Source: Eledone cirrhosa (lineage: Eukaryota). Taken from it: DNA of 64,000 nucleotides. Positions within the stretch are counted from its first letter, which is position 1, and each line of letters starts with the position of its first letter. The notes beneath the pieces are model-generated. The model did no database searches. It had not been told where the DNA came from and saw only the letters and a program-made list of their open reading frames with translations. The position numbers were made by a program, and so were the translations under genes. The stretch is from assembly GCA_964016885.1 (NCBI GenBank), contig OZ024742.1:367412001-367476000 (forward strand), written 5' to 3'. This document shows, piece by piece, positions 1-11,200 of the stretch.

Positions 1-1963
1 ACATACCATCAACATAATCAAACATACCACCAATATTATCAAACATACCACCAATACTACCAAACATAACATCAACATTATCAAACATACCAGCAATATT
101 ATCAAACATACCATCAACATTATCAAACTTACCAGCAATATTATCAAACATACCATCATCATTATCAAACATACCATCAACATTATCAAACACCATCAAT
201 ATTATCAAACATACCATCAACATTATCAAACATACCATCAACATTATCAAACATACCATCAATATTATCAAACATACCACCAATATTATCAAACATACCA
301 TTAACATTATCAAACATACCATTAACATTATCAAACATACAAGCAAAATTATCAAACATACCATCAACATTATCAAACATACCCTCAATATTTTAAAACA
401 TACCATCAACATTATCAAACATACCATCAACATTATCAAACATACCATCAATATTATCTAACATACCATCAACATTATCAAACATACCAGCAATATTATC
501 AAACATACTATCAATATTATCAAACATACCAGCAATATTATCAAACATACCATCAACATTATCAAACATACCATCAACATTATCAAACATAACAGCAATA
601 TTATCAAATATACCATAAATATTATCAAACATACCACCAACATTATCAAAAATACCATCAATATTATCAAACATACCATCAACATTATCAAACATACCAG
701 CAACATTATCAAACATACCATCAACATTATCAAACATACCCTCAATATTTTAAAACATACCATCAACATTATCAAACATACCATCAACATTATCAAACAT
801 ACCATCAATATTATCTAACATACCATCAACATTATCAAACATACCAGCAATATTATCAAACATACTATCAATATTATCAAACATACCAGCAATATTATCA
901 AACATACCATCAACATTATCAAACATACCATCAACATTATCAAACATACCAGCAATATTATCAAATATACCATAAATATTATCAAACATACCACCAACAT
1001 TATCAAAAATACCATCAATTTTATCAAACATACCATCAACATTATCAAACATAACAGCAATATTATCAAACATACCAACGACATTATCAAACATACCACC
1101 AACATTATCAAACATACCATCAACATTATCAAACATACCATCAACATTATCAAACATACCATTAACATTATCAAACTTACCATCAACATTATCAAACATA
1201 CCACTAATATTATCAAACATACCATCAACATTATCAAACATACCAGCCATTTTATCAATCATACCATCAACATTATCAAACTTACCAGCAATATTATCAA
1301 ACATACCATCATCATTATCAAACATACCATCAACATTATCAAACACCATCAATATTATCAAACATGCCATCAACATTATCAAACATACCATCAACATTAT
1401 CAAACATACCATCAATATTATCAAACATACCACCAATATTATCAAACATACCATCAACATTATCAAACATACCATCAACATTATCAAACATACCAGCAAA
1501 ATTATCAAACATACCATCAACATTATCAAACATACCCTCAATATTGTTAAACATACCATGAACATTATCAAACATACCATGAACATTATCAAACATACCA
1601 TCAACATTATCAAACATACCACCAACATTATCAAACATACCATCAACATTATCAAACATACCAGCAAAATTATCAAACATACCATCAACATTATCAAACA
1701 TACCCTCAATATTGTTAAACATACCATCAACATTATCAAACATACCATCAACATTATGAAACATACCATCTACATTATCAAACATACCGCCAACATTATC
1801 AAACATACCATCAACATTATCAAACATACCACCAACATTATCAAACATACCATCAACATTATCAAACATACCATCAACATTATCAAACATACCATCAACA
1901 TTATCAAACATACCATCAACATTATCAAACATACCATCAATATTATCAAACTTACCAGCAATA
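1..1963. repeat. 21-bp minisatellite (consensus ccatcaacattatcaaacata), runs off the left edge
   Basis: About 93 tandem copies; 7-aa periodic ORFs (MFDNVDG etc.) in several frames. Confidence 0.97.
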
Positions 1964-3520
1964 TCCTCTAGTAAATCTTACCATTGCTCCATCTGTGGAT
2001 TTCTTGCAACTTCATGGCAGGTCTAAAATGACGTCCCCGATATAAACCATCAAATTGAACGAACTGAATACTTATTTGGATCCACACACATGGAAGTCGT
2101 CGGGATATATATATATATATATGAGTATATAATTAATGATGTAATCTTAATGGTGATGCTCCCAATCTATTGAATAAATTGTTAAGCTAGATAAACTTCT
2201 ATAATAAATTAATAAATATAAGAGCATCTGTAGAACAACTGGGTATCCTAAATTTTTTTTATTTTTTATCTTTTGTATGATTTCTGCTAAATAAGTTTTG
2301 TTGAATAATTTTGGTTTTGTTTGCTTTTGATTCTGATTGCTTCTAATGAACTTGGCAATATATTGTCAAATAAATTGGAACGGTTGATTTCTGTGGTTGA
2401 TATGCGGGGTACACTGTGTTTTCTTACGGCCCTAGATACTCTGGGGAGTGAAATATTCTTGGCGTTTTTAATATATTGATATCTGTTCTATTCTATGCTT
2501 GAACGATAATCATGTAAGAGAGGGCAAGAATATTATTATTAATAATGTATATTTTATGTATATATATGTATGTACATATATGTATGGTAGAATCTTTTGT
2601 AACGCAATGAAGATTTTCATGTGAAATAAAAATTTACAGAGCTGATCACGTAAACTCACATGTGTGTCTATAATGTCAACTTGAATTTGAGATAACCTTC
2701 TCTTTTTCTTTCTCTTTTTTCTTTTTCTTTTTTCATGAAAATACATATATACTTATGTATTCCAGTATTTTTTTGAAGTTTTATCTCAGATTTTGATTAT
2801 AAACCTAAGAATGTTTAAACTAAACATATAGTCATTATTTTTTCACACATTATTGATATGTGTCTCATTCATGAATATTGATATTTACATTATAATACCT
2901 ATTTCATATGAATTGATAGACTGATGAAACATAATATTTTAAATCTATCATCTTTATTTCTGAATATATCTCTTCTCCTCCTCCCTCTACACTTGCCGGG
3001 ACTTATGTATCGGCTGATTTAACTCTACCTCCTGTATCTCACCCCTCCCCTATCTCTCCCACCTCGTATAATAGATATTACTCGATCTACCTCTTTTCTC
3101 CCACCACCTATATCTCTTTCTACCTCTCTTTATTTATTTTTATTTTTATTTTTATTTTTATTTCTCTCCGTATCCTTAACACTATAACTAAATAAATAAA
3201 TAAATAAATATATAAATAAATACTCCCTTCCCTCCTAAATCTGTCATTTGTACGTTATTCATTTTTCACCTCCTCAATATTCCTCTCTCCCATATCTCTC
3301 TCTCTCTATCTCGCTCTGTTGTTTTTTCTTTACATACATTTCTTCATTTTCTTCGTCTTCCTCTCTAACTGTCCTTAGCACTATACACTTTCTTTCTTTT
3401 TTCTCTTCGTCTTTCTTTCTAACTGTCCTTAACATTTTCACTACCAAAACAACTTTTTAAATGGAAGTTGTAAAGTTTTAAATTATGTCAAATTTATTTA
3501 TAAAACTGTTTATATATTGT

Positions 3521-3584
3521 ATTTTGTCTGAAGAGGGCATACCATATTTTTAATATGATATCCCTGAAACATATATAATGAAAT
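3521..3584 (+). ncRNA. Type I hammerhead motif in a PLE terminal-repeat remnant
   Basis: attttgt-CTGAAGA-stem II-GAAAC-atat-ATA-atgaaat; homologous to 51801-51863; followed by (TA)n; stem III weak. Confidence 0.65.
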
Positions 3585-3625
3585 AAATATGGTTTTATAA
3601 ATGTAGTTTCCATTTGTTTAATATC

Positions 3626-3693
<68 letters not shown>

Positions 3694-3761
3694 CGTAAAA
3701 TAAGAAAATTCTTTTTAAAAAAATAAAAAAATAAAAATTAACTTACTTACTTAAATTTTCA

Positions 3762-3841
3762 CTCCAACTAATTAGTTTCTGCAATGGGATAAAGACAGTT
3801 ACGTAATGAACTGTTGAGAATTTCATTGCGTCATCAGGGAG
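3762..3841 (-). ncRNA. Type I hammerhead motif (mirror copy)
   Basis: Reverse complement of 4266-4345. Confidence 0.7.
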
Positions 3842-4265
3842 GTCATTCTCAGCCGAGTCTCCAGGCAATGCGCGGACACTGGGGACTCGTATAAAAATAA
3901 TAATAATTCGGTAACTGGAACAGCTATCGAGGACTGGATTCCAGCTACTGAAAATTCTCACTGCCACTGATCATATGGCCGATTCTAAAGAATCAATCAC
4001 GTGACACAGAGGCTAGTCAGTAGGAATGGGATGGTAAGATGACAGACGCCTACTAACACCCCCCCAAAAATAAATAAATTTAGAACTGGTTTTGGCAGGT
4101 TTGCTCGACAAATCAGTGATTTGGAGATAAATATAGATAATTGCAGTGAGAATTTTCAGTAGCTGGAATCCAGTCCTCGATAGCTGTTCCAGTTACCGAA
4201 TTATTATTATTTTTATACGAGTCCCCAGTGTCCGCGCATTGCCTGGAGACTCGGCTGAGAATGAC

Positions 4266-4345
4266 CTCCCTGATGACGCAATGAAATTCTCAACAGTTCA
4301 TTACGTAACTGTCTTTATCCCATTGCAGAAACTAATTAGTTGGAG
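4266..4345 (+). ncRNA. Type I hammerhead motif with palindromic stem III
   Basis: ctcc-CTGATGA-c-gcaatg...cattgc-a-GAAAC-taatta-GTT-ggag; aactaattagtt is palindromic. Confidence 0.7.
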
Positions 4346-4919
4346 TGAAAATTTAAGTAAGTTAATTTTAAAAAAAAATTTTTTTTAAAGAATTTTCTTA
4401 TTTTACGTCTTTTATATTATTGTTCTGCATTCTCCTGCATCGAACCACCTAGGTACTATGACATAACCTGTGTATTTTGCTGGCATTAGCGTACATCTGT
4501 GCGCTTATGTTAGTAGATATATTAAATTATCTATCTATCTATATATATATATATATATTCAATACATAAACAGAGAAAGCCTTAAGCGATACTCTGACCA
4601 ACTCCATCTCACTCAACAAACATTAGGATATACCTAAGTATTATCCCAATTTAGTGTTTGGGGTGCTAACTATCAGTATTTCGTGGATAGCTGGTTGTAT
4701 TATTTTATGAGACATTATTAAATATCTCTTTCCTTCCAGACGTTATAAGATTCGTTATAAGATTTCTACAATTTGGGATAAATAATTTCCAGGTTATGTA
4801 GAAACTTGTATATAATCCATAGTTTTATACACAAGCGGGCACTTATAAACTCATCAGTGGATGACCAAATAATATCGATATAAGAATTATATCGACATTG
4901 CGTGTGTGTGTGTGTGTGA

Positions 4920-5119
4920 GTAAAAGGTAAATAGAAATAACAACACAATCGGTACAGTATATGGAAGGGTTATATTAGGTTAACGCTTGGTATAGCAGGA
5001 AGAGGGTCTTAACGTTACGGACGGTAGTCCTTCATCAGAAGAAAGAATGAAAAATAAGATAGATTGAGGGGACGGGCGGAATGGAATTGGAAAAAATGTA
5101 TTTGATAAAAACAACAGAT
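4920..5119 (-). mobile_element. PLE terminal-repeat fragment with minimal HHR (5007-5042)
   Basis: Second copy at 26453-26650; minus strand tctt-CTGATGA-a-ggac..gtcc-GTAAC-GTT-aaga (GAAA mutated in this copy). Confidence 0.65.
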
Positions 5120-5120
5120 A

Positions 5121-5151
<31 letters not shown>

Positions 5152-5280
5152 GTGTGTGTGTGTGTGTGTGTGTGACTGTGTTGTGTGTGTGTTGTATGTG
5201 TGTGTGTGTGTGTATATGTGTGTATGTGTTGTGTGTGTGTTGTGTGTGTGTGTGTGTTGTATGTGTGTGTGTGTGTTGTA

Positions 5281-5311
<31 letters not shown>

Positions 5312-5728
5312 GTGTTGTGTGTGTGTACACATATATTACATATACACACCACCACAGTATACCAGCATAGTGTCAAAATTAAAGGATTTTCTAGGGAGAA
5401 ATGTATATTTCAGTAAACCCTTGATTACAATATTCTATTTAAGGATGGTTGAAACCCTGTCTTGTCCTTACCACGGAAGGACGGAGCAGTAGAGCAAAGT
5501 TATGGAAATTAATGGATATCTGTTTGATAATGATACAAGAATATGGAAGGTATTAGCATAATTAACTGAATGTAAGATACTACATGTGGCAGGCTGGAGC
5601 TACATCATTACATAGTATGTCTTAGAACATATAGTACAAGGTGGAGTGTCTTATTCCTGATATATTGTATGGTTGGATGGTCACGTTTGGAACATGTTTC
5701 ATATCATATATATATACATAAATAATAT

Positions 5729-5796
5729 CTCTGTCTGATGACCGATCCAGACGTATATTAATATTGTCTGGGATGCAGAAACCTTTGGTGATGGAG
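5729..5796 (+). ncRNA. Type I hammerhead motif, cleavage triplet mutated (GTG)
   Basis: ctctgt-CTGATGA-long stem II hairpin-GAAACC-ttt-GGTG-atggag. Confidence 0.6.
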
Positions 5797-5829
5797 TAGT
5801 TGTATATTGTGTTGTTCACTTTCTAATTA

Positions 5830-5962
<133 letters not shown>

Positions 5963-6046
5963 ACTGTTTGACATGGGGTTAAACTACAACTAACGACACC
6001 AGTCCTGATATTCATTCCAATGTTGTTGTTATGAAGGAGCATAAGA

Positions 6047-6467
6047 GGTCGGTGGATTGGCAAATCGTTAGAGCGTCGGTCAAATGCTGAGGTGTATGTT
6101 ACAGATCTTTACATTCTCAGGTCAAATCATGCTAAGGTCAAATTTATTTTCCTCATTTAAGAGGTCGACAAATTAAAGTACCAGTAACGCACTGGGGTCG
6201 ATTCCATCGACTTTCTCCTCCCTCAAAATTGTTTGTCTTGTGCCTAAATCAGAAATCACGAAGAACGGCTGATTGGCAGAATCGGTAGGACTTCGGACAT
6301 GCTTTGTGGCATATAGTTACAGCCCTTTACATTCAAAATAAATCTCGCCCAGGTTTCCTTTGTCTTTCATCCTTAAGGAGTCGATAAAATAAAGTACCAT
6401 TCAAGTAGTGTTGTCGAGTTAATCGACTTTCCTCTTTCGAAAATATTTGGTCACGTGCCTAGAAAGA
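6047..6467 (+). mobile_element. Two head-to-tail tRNA-derived SINE copies (6047-6259, 6266-6467)
   Basis: A-box-like head (gattggcagaatcggtag), core tttcatcc...gtcgataaaataaagtacca, tail cttgtgcctaaa..gaaa; align with 41998-42188. Confidence 0.8.
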
Positions 6468-6474
6468 CATGTAC

Positions 6475-6532
6475 CTAAGTGGTTAGTGCGGCTCATGACC
6501 ATCTCCCATGTTGCCTGTATACTCTGATTCTG
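6475..6532 (-). CDS. Candidate internal host exon (QNQSIQATWEMVMSRTNHL)
   Basis: Polypyrimidine tract plus AG acceptor (tttcttcatttcactttgtctag), donor AG|gtacat, 58 nt open in phase 0, compatible with the exon at 7435-7443. Confidence 0.35.
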
Positions 6533-7384
6533 CTAGACAAAGTGAAATGAAGAAATACTTTCACTAATAACACACAGTTTGTCAATAACAAACACCGAGC
6601 TTCAATTTCTTCAATAAATTCTCCATACAGATCTAATTACTGACTTCCAGTCAATTATGTCTACATGACACACTGTGTTTCACCTTTATCTCTCCTACCT
6701 CAACCACCACCATTCTCTCTCTCTATCTATCTCCCCCTCTCTCTCTCTATCTATATATCTATCTATCTCCCTCTCTCTCTCAATCTATCTATCTATCTCC
6801 CCTTCTCTCTCTCTCTATCTATTTATATATCTATCTATCTCCCTCTCTCTATCTATCTATCAATCAATCTAACTTTGACTATCATCTTTATCGCTTTATC
6901 TTCTCCCACCATTCGTTCTTCTCTCTCCCTCTCTCTCCCCCTCTCCCCCTCTCTCACTCCCTCTCTCCCTCCTTCTCTCTCTCTCTCCCTCTCTGTGCCT
7001 CTTCATTCTGTACTCGTTCGAACTCTTTCAAAAAGCTTCAAAGTGATTCTGTATCTTTCTCTGATTGAACACTTCCGTTCAGCGCTATTGGTAGTCTTGT
7101 GTCAATGTATGATCTACAGATCACACACATACACACGTTTGTGTGTATATATATATATGTATATACACACACATGCATGTATATACGTATATATATGTAT
7201 GTATATATATATATATATATATATACAAATTTTAGCACAGCATCAACGAAGCTTTTGGATGCAGCCAAGCTAACTAATGCAGTTTCGGTGTGCAGCTAAA
7301 CACTCAATAGGGTATCCCTAGAGCTATAACATTACGTTTAGACAGCTTTGCAAATCAAATACACCGACCGATAGACGAGCCGCA

Positions 7385-7398
7385 GTAACCATAGCGAC
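7385..7398. promoter_or_regulatory. RFX X-box-like motif GTAACCATAGCGAC
   Basis: One mismatch from the X-box consensus GTNRCC-N(0-3)-RGYAAC, in a non-repetitive CpG-containing island. Confidence 0.4.
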
Positions 7399-7434
7399 GA
7401 AGATAACCGAACTCAGGAAAGATGTTTGACTGAC

Positions 7435-7443
7435 CTGGACCAT
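7435..7443 (-). CDS. Candidate first coding micro-exon (MVQ)
   Basis: gcgATGGTCCAG|gtcagt: good Kozak context and donor. Confidence 0.3.
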
Positions 7444-7673
7444 CGCGTTAATATCATAGACAACACATAATATATACCATACAATATATATCACAAATAA
7501 TATATAACATCTCCGCTAGGTTTCTGTAAATCCGAAATCGATAAAATACATTTGCAGGGGTCTGCAAGTTAATGGTTTTTGACGACAGAACAAACGAGTT
7601 TACTTCGTCAACAAGTTTTTCGTTCTGGACATCGCGGGTGTGCGTTCTAGCAGTGAGCACCGCTATAATACAC

Positions 7674-7692
7674 ATGGTTTTCCCAAAGGGAG
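7674..7692 (+). CDS. Candidate first coding exon (MVFPKG)
   Basis: cacATGGTTTTCCCAAAGGGAG|gtaagc: strong donor; no convincing downstream exon found. Confidence 0.3.
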
Positions 7693-7856
7693 GTAAGCCC
7701 CGGTTTTGTCGGTCAATTCGAAATTTGGAACAAAGGAATATATATGTATGTATATTTACTTATTGTAGATTTCCAATCACACCAAGCCGGACATCAATCA
7801 TAAAGTGTTCAATGGTTAAGAGTGAATTACTGATAAAACACTGGCTTTCTAAAACT

Positions 7857-8186
7857 ACACAACAACAGCAACAACAACAGCAACAACAACAACAACAACA
7901 CAACAACATCAACACAACAACATCAACACAACAACAACAACAACAACAACAACACAATAACAACAACATCAACAACAACACAACAACAACGGCAACAACA
8001 ACAACAACAACACAACAACAACGTCAACAACAACAACAACACAACAACAACAACAACAACAACACAACAACAACGTCAACAACAACACAACAACAACGTC
8101 AACAACAACAACAACACAACAACAACGCAACACCAACAAACACAACAACAACGACAACAACTACAACGACAACACAATAACAACAA
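7857..8186. repeat. Degenerate (CAA)n microsatellite
   Basis: Directly visible; produces spurious polyQ/N/T ORFs. Confidence 0.95.
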
Positions 8187-8286
8187 TGTTGGACCTCCGT
8201 CGGTGTCCGACGACGAAGGTTCCAGTTGTTTCAACAACCTCGACAGCAGTCTCATAAAATTAACGAGCTAAAGTTAGAAACCAATG

Positions 8287-11200
8287 TTAGGGTGGTGGAT
8301 TGGCAGTGTCGTTAGAGGGTCGGGCACCTTGCTAGGGTGGTGGATTGGCAGTGTCGTTAGAGGGTCGGGCACCTTGCTAGGGTGGTGGATGGGCAGAGTC
8401 GTTAGAGAGTCGGGCACCTTGCTAAGGTGGTGGATTGGCAGAGTCGGTAGAGGGTCGGGCACCTTGCTAGGGTGGTGGATTGGCAGTGTCGGTAGAGGGT
8501 CGGGCACCTTGTTAGGGTGGTGGATTAGCAGAGTCGTTAGAGGGTCGGGCACCTTGCTAGGGTGGTGGATTGGCAGTGTCGGTAGAGGGCCGGGCACCTT
8601 GCTAGGGTGGTGGATTGGCAGTGTCGGTAGAGGGCCGGGCACCTTGCTAGGGTGGTGGATTGGCAGTGTCGGTAGAGGGCCGGGCACCTTGCTAGGGTGG
8701 TGGATTGGCAGTGTCGGTAGAGGGCCGGGCACCTTGCTAGGGTGGTGGATTGGCAGTGTCGGTAGAGGGTCGGGCACCTTGCTAGGGTGGTGGATTGGCA
8801 GTGTCGGTAGAGGGTCGGGCACCTTGTTAGGGTGGTGGATTAGCAGAGTCGTTAGAGGGTCGGGCACCTTGCTAGGGTGGTGGATTGGCAGTGTCGGTAG
8901 AGGGTCGGGCACTTTGCTAGGGTGGTGGATTGGCAGTGTCGGCAGAGGGCCGGGCACCTTGCTAGGGTGGTGGATTGGCAGTGTCAGTAGAGGGTCGGGC
9001 AACTTGTTAGGGTGGTGGATTAGCAGAGTCGTTAGAGGGTCGGGCACCTTGCTAGGGTGGTGGATTGGCAGTGTCGGTAGAGGGCCGGGCACCTTGCTAG
9101 GGTGGTGGATTGGCAGTGTCGGTAGAGGGCCGGGCACCTTGCTAGGGTGGTGGATTGGCAGTGTCGTTAGAGGGTCGGGCACCTTGCTCGGGTGGTGGAT
9201 TGGCAGTGTCCTTAGAGGGTCGGGCACCTTGCTAGGGTGGTGGATTGGCAGTGTCGTTAGAGGGTCGGGCACCTTGCTAGGGTGGTGGATTGGCAGTGTC
9301 GTTAGAGAGTCAGGCACCTTGCTAGGGTGGTGGATTGGCAGAGTCGGTAGAGGGCCGGGCACCTTGCTAGGGTGGTGGATTGGCAGAGTCGGTAGAGGGC
9401 CGGGCACCTTGCTAGGGTGGTGGATTGGCAGTGTCGTTAGAGGGTCGGGCACCTTGTCAGGGTGGTGGATTGGCAGAGTCGTTAGAGTGCCGGGCACCTT
9501 GCTTAGGGTGGTGGATTGGCAGAGTCGTTAGAGGGTCGGGCACCTTGTCAGGGTGGTGGATTGGCAGAGTCGTTAGAGGGTCGGGCAACTTGCTAGGGTG
9601 GTGGATTGGCAGAGTCGTTAGAGGGTCGGGCAACTTGCTAGCGTGGTGGATTGGCAGAGTCGGTAGAGGGTCGGGCACCTTGTCAGGGTGGTGGATTGGC
9701 AGAGTCGTTAGAGGGTCGGGCACCTTGCTAGGGTGGTGGATTGGGAGAGTCGTTAGAGGGTCGGGCACCTTGCTAGGGTGGTGGATTGGCAGAGTCGGTA
9801 GAGAGTCGGGCACCTTGCTAGGGTGGTGGATTGGGAGTGTCGTTAGAGGTTCGGGCACCTTGCTAGGGTGGGGGGATTGGCATGTGTCGTTAGAGGGTCG
9901 GGCACCTTGCTAGGGTGGTGGATTGGCAGTGTCGGTAGAGGGTCGGGCACCTTCCTAGGGTGGTGGATTGGCAGTGTTGTTAGAGGGTCGGGCACCTTGC
10001 TAGGGTGGTGGATTGGCAGAGTCGTTAGAGGGTCGGGCACCTTGTCAGGGTGGTGGATTGCCAGAGTCGTTAGAGGGTCGTGCACCTTGCTAGGGTGGTG
10101 GATTGGGAGTGTCGTTAGAGGTTCGGGCACCTTGCTAGGGTGGTGGATTGGCAGTGTCCTTAGAGAGTCGGGCACCTTGCTAGGGTGGTGGATTGGCAGT
10201 GTCGGTAGAGGGTCGGGCACCTTCCTAGGGTGGTGGATTGGCAGTGTTGTTAGAGGGTCGGGCACCTTGCTAGGGTGGTGGATTGGCAGAGTCGTTAGAG
10301 GGTCGGGCACCTTGTCATGGTGGTGGATTGCCAGAGTCGTTAGAGGGTCGGGCACCTTGCTAGGGTGGTGGATTGGCAGTGTCGGTAGAGGGTCGGGCAC
10401 CTTCCTAGGGTGGTGGATTGGCAGTGTTGTTAGAGGGTCGGGCACCTTGCTAGGGTGGTGGATTGGCAGAGTCGTTAGAGGGTCGGGCACCTTGTCAGGG
10501 TGGTGGATTGGCAGAGTCGTTAGAGGGTCGGGCACCTTGCTAGGGTGGTGGATTGGCAGAGTCGTTAGAGGGTCGGGCACCTTGTCAGGGTGGTGGATTG
10601 GCAGAGTCGTTAGAGGGTCGGGCCCCTTGTCAGGGTGTTGGATTGGCAGAGTCGTTAGAGGGTCGGGCACCTTGCTAGGGTGGTGGATTGGCAGTGTCGG
10701 TAGAGGGTCGGGCACCTTCCTAGGGTGGTGGATTGGCAGTGTTGTTAGAGGGTCGGGCACCTTGCTAGGGTGGTGGATTGGCAGTGTCGTTAGAGGGTCG
10801 GGCACCATGCTAGGGTGGTGGATTGGCAGTGTCGGTAGAGGGTCGGGCACCTTGCTAGGGTGGTGGATTGGCAGCGTCGTTAGAGGGTCGGGCACCTTGC
10901 TAGGGTGGTGGATCGGCAGTGTCGGTAGAGGCCGGGCACCTTGCTAGGGTGGTGGATTGGCAGTGTCGGTAGAGGGTCGGGCAACTTGCTAGGGTGGTGG
11001 ATTGGCAGAGTCGGTAGAGGGTCGGGCACCATGCTAGGGTGGTGGATTGGCAGTGTTATTAGAGGGTCGGGCACCTTGCTAGGGTGGTGGATTGGCAGTG
11101 TCGTTAGAGGGTCGGGCACCTTGCTAGGGTGGTGGATCGGCAGTGTCGGTAGAGGCCGGGCACCTTGCTAGGGTGGTGGATTGGCAGTGTCGGTAGAGGG

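Larger units (their letters stand above)
3686..4530. mobile_element. ORF-less fold-back PLE terminal-repeat element
   Basis: ~280-bp inverted arms 3686-3964 and 4143-4416, ~180-bp spacer, right arm extended by a unique tail; (TA)n on both sides; one HHR per arm. Confidence 0.8.

Noticed and set aside
186-1971. MFDNVDG / CLIMLMV / NIIKHTI repeat ORFs
   Set aside because: Product of a 21-nt unit open in several frames; broken by indels; no unique termini
2123-2510. Decayed PLE ORF fragments (NLGYP, IDWE on minus; also KDPPLL near 58600)
   Set aside because: Motif matches are too short to exclude chance
2914-2950. Hammerhead remnants at ~2914-2950 (plus) and ~4815-4862 (minus)
   Set aside because: CTGATGA and stem I visible, but stem II or GAAA/stem III is deleted; not counted
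7572-8180. 202-aa polyQ/T ORF
   Set aside because: Read-through into a (CAA)n microsatellite
8188-8270. Hairpin ggacctccgtcgg..ccgacg..aggttcc just upstream of the satellite
   Set aside because: Looks like the end of a dispersed repeat, but there is no second copy in the window to support a call
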